Assembly (NCBI RefSeq): GCF_006345805.1
Contig: NC_042998.1
Location: forward strand, 170,438,001 to 170,502,000
Origin: Octopus sinensis
Lineage: Eukaryota
DNA length: 64,000 nt
Direction of reading: 5' to 3'
The notes under the pieces are model-generated. The model was given only the letters and a program-made list of their open reading frames with translations, had not been told where the DNA came from and did no database searches. Made by a program: the position numbers and the translations under genes. Of this stretch, positions 11,451 through 22,738 are shown one piece after another; the first letter of the stretch is position 1, and the number at the start of each line of letters is the position of its first letter.

Positions 11451-13899
11451 TATTTACACAAGTGTACCCCGCCATCCAACTTTGTTACCAGAAAAAAAAA
11501 ACTTGCAGAAAAATTAATATTTTTTTATAAAAATCTTTTACATATACGTTTCAGACGGTGTAAACTTCGATTATATCGGAATTTGTTTTGAAAAACTTCG
11601 GATAATTCATACTTGTCAACTTTGTTTCCACGGCATACTTACACAAATGTGTCCCACAGATTATCTTTCCTCATAACTTTCAGAAAAATTGATATTTTCT
11701 GATGAAATTTTCTACAAATACCTCTATAACATTTTTCTAAAAAATTTTCCTGGAACGAATGTATAACAAAATCTGGATCCTTTCTGTTTTTGCTCGCACT
11801 TTGATGTAGATTACGATTATATCGTAATTTAATGTGAAAAAAATATTTGGTGGCCATGTACAGCCTTTTTTTTTGTTTTACATTAAATTCCTATATAATG
11901 GCAATCTACAAGGTATTTGCTGAAAATTTCATTAGAAAAAGATTCACTTTTCTTAGTCATGAGGAAATAGCACAACTACACTTTATTGCCTCTCTCCTGA
12001 TTTTCATTCTTCAAAGCTTTAACTTTTTTTTTTTTACCCTAGTCAACAGCGTTTTAGATTGAACTAGTTACAACACTCACGATATCTTGGCTCTGGGGCA
12101 CCTTAACCTTCCAAAATTTGAAGCCATCATTATTAAGGCGGGCGAGCTGGCAGAATCGTTAGCATACCGTCTTTACGTTCTGAGTTCAAATTCCACCGTG
12201 GTCGACTTTGCCTTTAATCCTTTCGGGGTCGATAAATTAAGTACCAATGTAACACTGGGGTCGATGTAATCCCCTCCCCAAAAATTGCTGTCCTTGTGAC
12301 AAAATATGAAACCATTATTATTATTTCTTCGATTGGCCACAAGGGCCCAGGGCATGGAGGAGAATGTGACGAACCTTCGGTATAGGTACATGCGTGATTT
12401 TGTTTACATTTCTGAAGATAAGAGAAACCCTTCTCTCCCACCCGAACACAAACCCTTACCCCACCCCACCCCATATATAAAAACAGCGTAACTTCGGTAT
12501 AAGTACCGGATACATTTCAAGAAAGTGTTTGTTTGTTTTTTTATATATGGGGGGGGTTAGGGGGGGAGAAAAGTGTTTCTCTTAGAAGAAAATTGGGTGA
12601 AGGGCCCTGCTATACACACACAGCTCTACCAGAATTAAGTTTCGTTGGGCGCGTCTTCTCGAAAACCACATATTTGCCTGTCCACTGTTATCTCTTCAAT
12701 GAGTTTCATGGTCCTGATATGTGTGTGTCGAATGCCTTTCACGTTAGGATCATGTATAATTAATATGGGTGATTTTTCAATACATGTACAATTATTGTAT
12801 TTCAGTTTAATAATTTAAAAACAAATTGAATATCAAATAAATCCTATTTTTACGCATATTATGATTTCTTGTCGACAGAGGTTCAAATGTAGCGATTAAA
12901 ACTGAAAGTTTGATTACTGTCAAATTCAGCTGCTGTAACTTCCTCGTACATGACGTTGAGATAAGAAGAGTAACGTACATTGCAGGTTATCATTCAACAT
13001 AGTTTCATAGATTTTATGTTGTGCAACCCTAAACCCTAACGTATAGTTTGGGGTTTTTTTTCATTTTACGCAAAAAGATTTCGTTGAGGATTTTTTTCCT
13101 TTTACAATTATTATTTACTTCGACTGTTTCACATGACTTAATTGGCTTGTTACTGCGGAAGCAGGCACCAATATGTTTGTAGCTTTCAATTGGCTAAAAC
13201 AGACTAGACCTTGGCTTCTTACTATGGAAACAGGTACCAATATGCTAAAATTACCCCACATTTGCAGACTTTATAAGTAATTAACTTTTTATTAATTAAT
13301 TTATGGCAAAAATGAATTTCATTTCCACAATTAGCATACAAAACAACATGAGTACACCAAATTTGAAATCAAATGGAACAAAATTAAAAGAATTAAAAAG
13401 TGTGAGCCAAACCGAAAAGGTACCAAAGTCAGATTCAGTGTAAAAAAAAAAAAGTTGCATCGATATACCAAATTTGAAACATTTCACTTAATCTTAAAAT
13501 TAAAAAATCTGTGACAGCAACAGAAAAGAACCCCTTACACAAACAACTCTAGGATCTGTAAATGCTTCTTCTATTTCTCCCATTTCTTTCTGTTCATGCT
13601 TGACCTCTTTAATAGACAACATTCTCTCCTTACTAACTAGAATCATCTCCAACAGTGATGTATTAAATTCTACAACTATTGAGGAGTCTTAGATTGTTGG
13701 TTTCAGAGTTGAGTAAATTGATTGCTGAGTCTTTCACAATTTACAGTCAAAACACATTTTAGCCTCTACTCTTTTTGATCACTTACATCAATATTCAAGA
13801 TGCTACTTATTTATTACAAGTGCCAAATTTTCTAGAGGGTGAGCTCACACTTTACTGGGGCTTATTTAGCCCAGATGAGCTCTACATTTCCATTACTCT

Positions 13900-14130
13900 C
13901 AGTCAGAGTTGATGTATGTGAGAAATGAGTTTTCAGTATGACAATCCTTCTCCTCAATTCCAGAAGGACTATCATGCTGACTGAATGACGGTCACTTTGC
14001 TCACCAAAATTATATAAACCTAATTATTAAACATGCCATAACCTGAGTAAATATCCCCTCAATTCTGAAGTCAGTGGGTTGTCCAAGGAAACTAAAAAGA
14101 AACCCAATACTCATTACTTGCTACTTAGCG
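13900..14130 (+). mobile_element. Short CRE-like remnant
   Basis: GLSC..HQNYINLIIKHAI..NIPSIL; nucleotide similarity to 8730 (aatatcccctca). Confidence 0.4.
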
Positions 14131-15160
14131 AGACACGTATACTTTATATGGGATATCATTGTTAGGGGGGATTCTTTGTAATCAGCATCTATTTGCTTAC
14201 TGCTTTTTGCACATTTGATGTGTTGACTATGAAATCACTTGCATGTTTTGGGGGTTTGTTTTCATTGTTGTGGGTCTCCTTTGAACTTCTTAGAGGGTCA
14301 GTAATTGTTAAGGTTTGATATATTTTCTGGTATTAAAATAAAGGACCAGTCTTTAAGATGCAGACCTAGCTTTATTAAGGATGTGTGTTTACCATGAGAT
14401 CTTCAGTGATAGTTAGGTCTGACATTTGGAATGAGTGTAAGGTCTCCAGCTGTGTGCTTCTCATGCTTAAGGAAAGTAAGGCATGATGTTGTGCTCTTGA
14501 AATTAATTGTGCTTACTTTTTGCTGTTGAAAACGATTGACATGACTCCATTGGAGGATTTGTTTCATGTCTCTATTCATAGAATTAGTGCAGGTGTTGAG
14601 AAAACATGTGTATGCCAACCATGTCTTCAATTTACAAAACACCTGAATTGGAGTTTATGCTGTTGTGATTACTTCAAAATTCCTCTGATTTTACAAACTA
14701 CTCATTCCTACAATTTGTCTTGTGTACTTTCATTAAGGTAGTGATTTGTTGTTATTCTTAGGTACTGCTAGCCAATTTTTCTTCAGAAGATATTTTTTAT
14801 AGAGACAGTTTCTTACCTAGAGATCACAAAGATTGATGAAGACTATAATGAAAAATCACCTCTAGCCCTCTCCTTTTTCAGTGACAATTTGTATGTTTTT
14901 CATAGAAGTAGGTTTAATGTGGACTTGTTCTCCTATGTTACTTATCAGTAGTCTCTTTGCCCTAAGGAATTCAATGAAAATAATGTTGTGCTTGACATCA
15001 GCAAAGCATTTGATCCTGTCTAGCACAAGTTTCAGTGTAATAGATATTAAACTAATCAAAATGGCTAAACATAAAATGTATAAAATAATCAACCATAAGT
15101 GTTTTAATGCTTTAAGGTTCTTAAATTTTTATTTATATTATATATCTTTTACTTTTATAG

Positions 15161-15205
15161 TTTTCCAATTCAATCCGTATTTTCTGATTCACCACAATTA
15201 CTACA
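15161..15205 (+). other. 5' UTR part of the first coding exon; implies an upstream non-coding exon
   Basis: Strong acceptor tatcttttacttttatAG ending at 15160, 45 nt before the ATG. Confidence 0.6.
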
Positions 15206-16223
15206 ATGGCTAGTTCAGCTATTACTGCCAGGTTCTTGCCTCCTGTGGAAATATTTTTAAAAAATCTCAGTACACCAGAAGGAAATTTAAGCTATGAAGT
15301 TGAAAGATTATTGACATTTGCTGAGAATATGCATCCAAAGCTAACAGCTATTGAACTTGCTACAAATGGTTATTATTATGATACTACAGAAGACAGAATA
15401 ATGTGCTTTTCCTGCAAAAGTGTAGTTAAATTTTCAGATTCTAGTTTCAAACATAAAAATCCATGTAGATACAAATTTGACAGTATTCCAGTCTTTTTAT
15501 ATGATGAAACAGATGGTGAAAATGCAGCAGCTGTTAATATTCCAAACACTATTCTGGAAACTGATTCAGTGATACCCAAAAAAGAGACTTTAAATAAAAA
15601 TGAAATGCTTGATATGCAAAAAAGACTGGATACCTTTAAAAACTGGAACAGAAGTACTCCAGTAACACCCACAGACCTTGCCAAGAGTGGATTTTATTTC
15701 TTAGGATATGGAGATGCTGTTAAGTGTGCATACTGCTCTGTCCAACTGCGCAACTGGAAAGAAAATGATGATGTCCATGAAGAACATTCGTGTTTTAGTC
15801 CGACATGTCCAAATTTAAAATCTTTTATTAAAAAGGATTTGAAATCTGAACTGAATCGGATAAAAAGTTTTCTTAAGTGGTCATCTTACCCATTAAAACC
15901 TAATGATTTGGCAGCTAATGGTTTCTTCCACAAGGGGCCTGCAGATAATGTCTGTTGTGTTTTTTGCAAATGTGAAATCAAAAATTGGAAAGCCAATGAT
16001 AATATTAAAGAAAAACATAGGTTAGTTTCTCCAAACTGTCCCTTCTTGTGTGAGGACTTCGTGGATAATATACCAATACCAACTAAGAGTGATATAATAT
16101 TTGACCGTCCAATACATCCAGGTCTTTCTTTGTACGGTGAACGCCTTAAAACATTCTCTTCATGGCCCAAAGATAAAAAACAACACCCTGAAGCTCTAGC
16201 TGAAGCTGGATTTTATCACAATG
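15206..16223 (+). CDS. IAP: IAP coding exon 1 (degenerate BIR1, BIR2, BIR3, N-half of BIR4)
   Basis: ATG 15206 with an in-frame TGA upstream (15185). CAYC-x16-H-x6-C and CVFC-x16-H-x6-C. Ends ALAEAGFYHN-G at donor G|GTAAGT (16224). Confidence 0.95.
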
Positions 16224-19200
16224 GTAAGTATACACAATATTTATATGTTTAGCGGCGGCGATGGCAGCTGCTGCTGCTTTTTTTTTTTTTTTTTTTTTTC
16301 ATACTCTCTTCTGCAATATTATTTCTTGTTTCCATGCCTGCATGTAAAGCATGATTTTGAAAATTGGATCTTTACATATTGCTAGAGACAGCTGGGTAAA
16401 CTAAGAAAAGCAAAGAAAATATACCCTAACTCTCTTTTTTTTTTCTCTCAAGGTCCTAATATAATGACTAGGAAAAATTTGAACTTATGATCAAATTATA
16501 ATTTAAAATTGTTTTATTTTGTTTATTATTTTCAAAATAAAAACATGATACATGTTTTAAATTTTTCATCACCATTTATTAACCCTTTAGTGTTTGCACT
16601 ATTCTACCAAAATTAATGCTTCTTCATCCATATTGTTTTGAACTAATCATGCATTATCTTGTAGCTATGAGGTAGCTGTTAATTTTTAAAACGATATTGT
16701 AGGGTTGGTGTGAGAGACCAGATCTGGCCAGTTTGAACATAAAACAGGCAGAATACTTTTGGCCAGATATGGCCGGTTTAAATGCTAAAGGGTTAAGCCA
16801 TATTTATATATCAAGTAAAAGAAGTAATCCATCTCAAGCTTTTGATGGGTTGGCTTGTATTTCCTTTACAACAAGAAACATATTCCTGTCCCTTATTTCA
16901 TACTTTAACCACCTAACACTTAGCAAAAAGTCACCTTCCCACTACTGTATTCCCACTTAGAGAGTTCTTTAGTCATGAAAGTTACTTGGTGACTTCACCA
17001 GTGTTGGTTCCATGAAAGTGGTTGACATTAGGAAGTGCATACAGCTGTAAAAACTGTCAAATCACATAAACTGGGATAGAGAATATACCATTTGAATGCT
17101 GGTATCAAGTCATTAGCTTAAAACACGGCGAGGATGATCCAAGGGACGTAACTCTGATGGGCTTAAGAGCCAATCCTGTTCTTTTGGTTGTTTCTTTCGT
17201 TCTTTCATCCATGAATTTCATTCCTGTTTTTTTTACACAGCTCTGGGATCCAGAAATCAGATGATGTGCTATTCCCAGCCCTCCAGTAGCAGAGAGCCCA
17301 AACTATATATTCCCATCTCTCTATTTCTGGTATGTTTTCAGAGTGAAACCATTCAGTAAAATAAATTTGATGTTGTGACTATGATATTATATAAGATGGC
17401 AAGCTGGCAGAAGCATTACCATTCTGGGCGAAATACTTAACAGCATTTTGCCTGTCTGTTCGTTCTGCTTTTGAAATCCGTCAAGGTCAACTTTGCCTTT
17501 CATCCTTTTGAGGTCGATAAAAGAAGTACCAGTTGAGAACTGGGGTTGATGTGATCAACTTGCCTCCCCCATCCCTCAAATCTCTGGCCTTGTGCCAAAA
17601 TTTGATGCCAACATTATATATTATATATGTGACTGATATTATATATGTATATAGATAGATATAGATGTAGGTATGATTGTGGTTAAAAAGCTTGCTTCCC
17701 AAATGTGATCTAGGACTTTTACTTTAGCCCTAGGCCAACCAAAACTTTTTTACTGGATTTTGTAGATAGAACTCAAAACAAGCATGTTGTGTGTGTGTGT
17801 GTGTGTGTGTGCATGTATTTGTATGTACCCTTATTTAGACCTCACATATTGGTTGTAAATGAGCATCATCAGCATACAAGCAACATTGTTCATTTCTAGT
17901 CTTACATGAAAAACATGCCTAGCTATGAGAAGGATTACCTTGCTTGGAAACAGGTAAGGGTTTGCAGCAGGAAGGGTGTCTAGGCATAGATAATCTATAT
18001 CAATAAATACCATCTGACCCATGCAACCACAGAAAAATGGATATTAGATGATGATTATGATGATGATGTGTGTGTGTGTGGTGTGTGTGTGTGTGCATGT
18101 ATTTGTATGTACCCTTATTTAGACCTCACATATTGGTTGTAAATGAGCATCATCAGCATACAAGCAACATTGTTCATTTCTAGTCTTACATGAAAAACAT
18201 GCCTAGCTATGAGAAGGATTACCTTGCTTGGAAACAGGTAAGGGTTTGCAGCAGGAAGGGTGTCTAGGCATAGATAATCTATATCAATAAATACCATCTG
18301 ACCCATGCAACCACAGAAAAATGGATATTAGATGATGATTATGATGATGATGTGTGTGTGTGTGTGTGTGTGTGTATGTATACACACACACACACACACT
18401 AATATTGCTGAATTCTTTCTGACCTGGTGGTCTAATGGAACAACTTAGTCAATGTTGTTGATTGTTTTAGTCAAAGCTATGACTCTAAGTCTATCCAGAG
18501 TTATCTCTCTTCGATATTTCCCATTGATAGTGACTGAAGAGCTTGAATTATGTCTGGGAATCCAAGAAGTACTCCAGTAGCACCCACAGACCTTGCCAAG
18601 AGTGGATTTTATTACTTAGGATATGGAGATGCTGTTAAGTGTGCATACTGCTCTGTCCAACTGCGCAACTGGAAAGAAAATGATGATGTCCATGAAGAAC
18701 ATGCACGTTTTAGTCTGACATGTTCAAATTTAAGATCTTTTATGAAAATGGAATTAAAATCTGAACTGAATCGGATAAAAAGTTTTCTTAAGTGGTCGAC
18801 ATCTTACCAATTAAAACCTAATGATTTGGCAGCTAATGATTTCTATCACAAGGGGCCTGCAGATAATGTCTATTGTATTTTCTGCAAATGTGAAATCAAA
18901 AATTGGAAAGCTAATGATAATATTAAAGAAAAACATTGGTCCACCTGTCACACCTCCCAGTGCAAAATTACTGCCTCAAGGTCCTGGATACATTCCAGGC
19001 CAGTGTCTGCAATCAAGCTGTTGATAAATTTGTGACAACGTTTTTCTCTTCCTGCATCATCATGAAGTGGTTTCCACAAAACTAATTTGGCTGCTTCCAG
19101 TTTAAGGTAGTGCACACAGTGACCAGTCAGTCACAGCCATCTTTGCCTGATCTTCTCACTAACTTTCAGCAGGGCTCCTGCATTCATAGCATCTTTGTAT

Positions 19201-19421
19201 AGTAGCCATCTAGCCTGTTTAATGGATTATATGTATATATAGAAACCCCACTGCATATATGTTCAGTTATATACCATAAAAAATATTTTGAGATGTCATC
19301 AAATGACACCTCACTGAAATAGGTAGCCTGATTGTGACTACTTAGGAGAAAACTAACTAATTGCAAAGAATAGCAAAGGGCTGTAAAGAAAGATGTAAAT
19401 GTTGTGAAGTCAAATTATGTT

Positions 19422-19455
<34 letters not shown>

Positions 19456-22400
19456 ATCAAAGTAAGCAACAAGAATATCTTCGGTAATTTGGTATGATCG
19501 TTTCATGCTACATCATTTTATTAAACATTGTAAATGATGTAGCATGAAACGATCGTACTAAATTACCGAAGATATTCTTGTTGCTTACTTTGATTATAAT
19601 CACCTCATGAATTTATATGGATAACACCGTACAAAATTCTGGTGCATCTGACTTAAGTACCATATTCATTTGAATCTAAATTTTGCTGAACTTATATATA
19701 TATATATATATATATATACATACAGAGAGAGAGAGAAGCAGTTATTAGGATAAGCAAATTAGACACATCAGATATGTTAAATATATTAAGTACATCAAAT
19801 ACAAAATATGTATATAAGAATACATGTAAAATGAGGAAATTTTCAGATGATGAATGATGAATTTATATGTATAAATATATATATACTTATATAAATAGGT
19901 TCAACTTACACAGTGTACAAATGACAGAAATTTCTGTCATTTGTTCTCTGTGTGAGCCTTGAGAAACATTGACTCAATGCTTGTTGAACAAGCTCTGTCC
20001 AGTACATTTTGGTTTGTCACATTGTCCTGCCAGTGAATGCCAATGATCTTGCGCTGTGCCTTTGTATGAAATTGTTCCAGCTGTTTGATGTGCCAACAGT
20101 ATGAGGTCCATGTTTGACATCCATAGAGTAGTGTAGAAACAACTACAATCTCGAAGATCTTCAGCTTTGGCGATAGTCTTATGCCATTCTGCTGGTGGAC
20201 TTTCACTTTCAGTTTTCTAAGTGCTTGGCTGGCCTTGTGGATTCTGGATATTTCACATCCAATGATCCATCAGCTGAAATTGTGCTGCCAAGGTACCTGA
20301 AATTTTCCATGCACGCACTTAAGCTGGACCCCCTCAGTCGTGACATTTTGGCTAGGGGCGAATTGTATTTGAGACTGCTTGGGCTAGGATGTCTGTTTTC
20401 CCAAGGCTGATGGTCAGTCCAAAGAGCCTTGATGCTTCTGCAAAGTGATCAACAATGGTCTGCAGGTGATTTTTCTTATATGCCATAAGGACACAGTCAT
20501 CTGCAAATAGGGCTTCAGTTATAAGCTTTTCCACTGTCTTGGTTCAAGCAGAGAGTTGGTGGAGATCAAAAGCAGAGCCATCTGAGCGATATTTGATGTA
20601 TATGCCCAGGTCTAAGTCTTTCATTGTGTAAAATAGGACCCACATGAAGAACAAGTGGAGCAGCACGGGTTAGAGAACACAGCCCTGTTTCACGCCATTA
20701 GAAATGTTGAAAGAGTTGGTGCAGTCACTTGCTAAAAACTTGACCAGTCATATTGTCATGAAAGAGTCTTATAAGTGTGGTGAACTTGTATGGGCAGCCC
20801 AGCTTGGTTAGAATGCTCCACAAAGCCTCTCTGTTGACTGTGTCAAAAATTTTGGTCAGGTCTGTGAACACAGTACAAATTCCTCTATTGTTTAATGCAT
20901 TTCTCCTTGACTTGACACATAGCAAACGCCATGTCTACAGTGCTGCAGCCAGGGTGGAAGCCACTCTGGGCTTCAGGCAAGTTGCTCTCAGAGATGCTGG
21001 TGATGAGCCTATTGAAGAGGATGTGGGCCAGGATTTTTCCAGCAATGGAAAGCAGGGAATGCCCCTGTAGGTTCTGCAGTCTGATTTGGCTCCTTGTAGA
21101 GAATTATGTTCTTGTAGAGTGTAACTATGGTGGCATCTCAGAACTCTGCAGCCATACACTCTTCCTCCCAAGTGGATACAAGGATTTCATGGAATGCACT
21201 GAAAGCTGTCAGGCTGGGGGGGTTATAATGTAATCAATAAGATGTCGTTATTTTGAGCACAGATGCATCCATGATGTCTTATACTTATCAACCTGTTGGA
21301 AGGTGGTGTTTGTAATGAGTAGGTTGTGCTTGGTGCATTTGCTCAGCAAAAGGCCATTGCTATTCATCTTCCCAACTCCATGCTTCCCTATAACTCCTCT
21401 CCACTGCTCCCTCATCCCTGCCAACTCTAATGTTGAAATCACCCAGCATTACAAGCTTGTTGGTAGCACAGTGTCCAGGTTGACATAGAACTGCTCTCTG
21501 ATCTTTTCTGTTTTGTGCATGTCATTGTAGGAGCATTCATGCTCATGATGGTGATGAAGTGTTTGTTTCTGACAAGGAGGCAAAGTTTCATGAGCCTTTC
21601 ATTTACACCAGTGGAAATCTGTTTCAAGAGACTGGACTTGATGGCGAATCCAACTCTGTGTATTCTGTCCGCTTATAAGGCTTTGCCTTTCCAGAAGAAA
21701 GTGTAGCTGCAGCCTGATTCTATCAGCCAGTTGAGTTTCACTAATTGCTGCTATTTCAATATTGTATCTTGACAATTCTTTGGCAATGAGAGCTGTTCTT
21801 CTCTGAGGTCGGGAGACATTGTCTCAATCCATGAGAGTATATATGTTCCATGTACCAATGATTAGGTTATTTCCTTTGTTAGAACCAACTGCAAATGGGT
21901 AATTCTGGCAGTCACAGTTACCTGACCAGAATTTAGTACAAGCTTTCTTTAGGCAACCTTTTCTAGGCTTCTCCCTTACTAGGGTGAGCAGTACTGTCCC
22001 AGAAAGGCTGCCCTGTTGCATGGGATGCTGCTGAAGTTCTCCGTTGTCCAATACAAAGAACAGCGACCAGATCCACAAGCCACTTATGTGCAGGTGGTTA
22101 CCTCCACCTGTCCCTTTCTCCATTCCTCTATTACTGCAGGACTTGAGGTTGACAGTTGTAAGGCTGAGAAGCACAGACACCTATGCATGAAGTTGTTTTA
22201 AATAGGAGAGCCATTGCATAGGGACAATTCCACTCTCTCAACAGAAAGAACCTTGACCCAGTGGCACTGGGAACTGTTACAGCTGGAGACCCTTCTTGCT
22301 GCAGTGGATGACCAGGACTCCATAGTGTGTTGTCATGTTCTAGGCGCTCCACAACGCCTACTGGTACTGCCTTCCTGATCATTGGACCTTACTAGTGGTT

Positions 22401-22704
22401 TCCTCTGCCCACTATGCGAGAACTAGTCTTCACATGCATAGGTAGAAAAGCCCCTATCTCACTGAAGAATTGAGACCCCTCAACTATCCTCACCTGATTT
22501 AGTTAGCCAGTCGAAGTGGTTTACCAGGTGTGGCTATTGCGCATCCTACAACTACAGGTGAGAGCTAGGTGCCAGATGGGGACCAAGGTGGATGAGCTTC
22601 TCCTAGGAAGTGCTACTAGCTCTGCCCAACCAGGGGTACTACCCCACCTTGAATGCCTGAAGAGGATATAAAAAGGAATTATATATATGTTAAATATAAA
22701 ACGA

Positions 22705-22738
<34 letters not shown>

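Noticed and set aside
14817-15064. Minus-strand exon-like block and 76-aa hydrophobic ORF upstream of the IAP
   Set aside because: A stop precedes the donor in the long frame, the other frames are closed, and there is no recognisable homology.
18528-18567. BIR duplicate as a spliced-in cassette exon
   Set aside because: The upstream donor is phase 1. AGs at 18530, 18539 and 18541 meet an in-frame TGA, and the AG at 18566 is phase 2. No clear donor follows. Independent transcription is not excluded.
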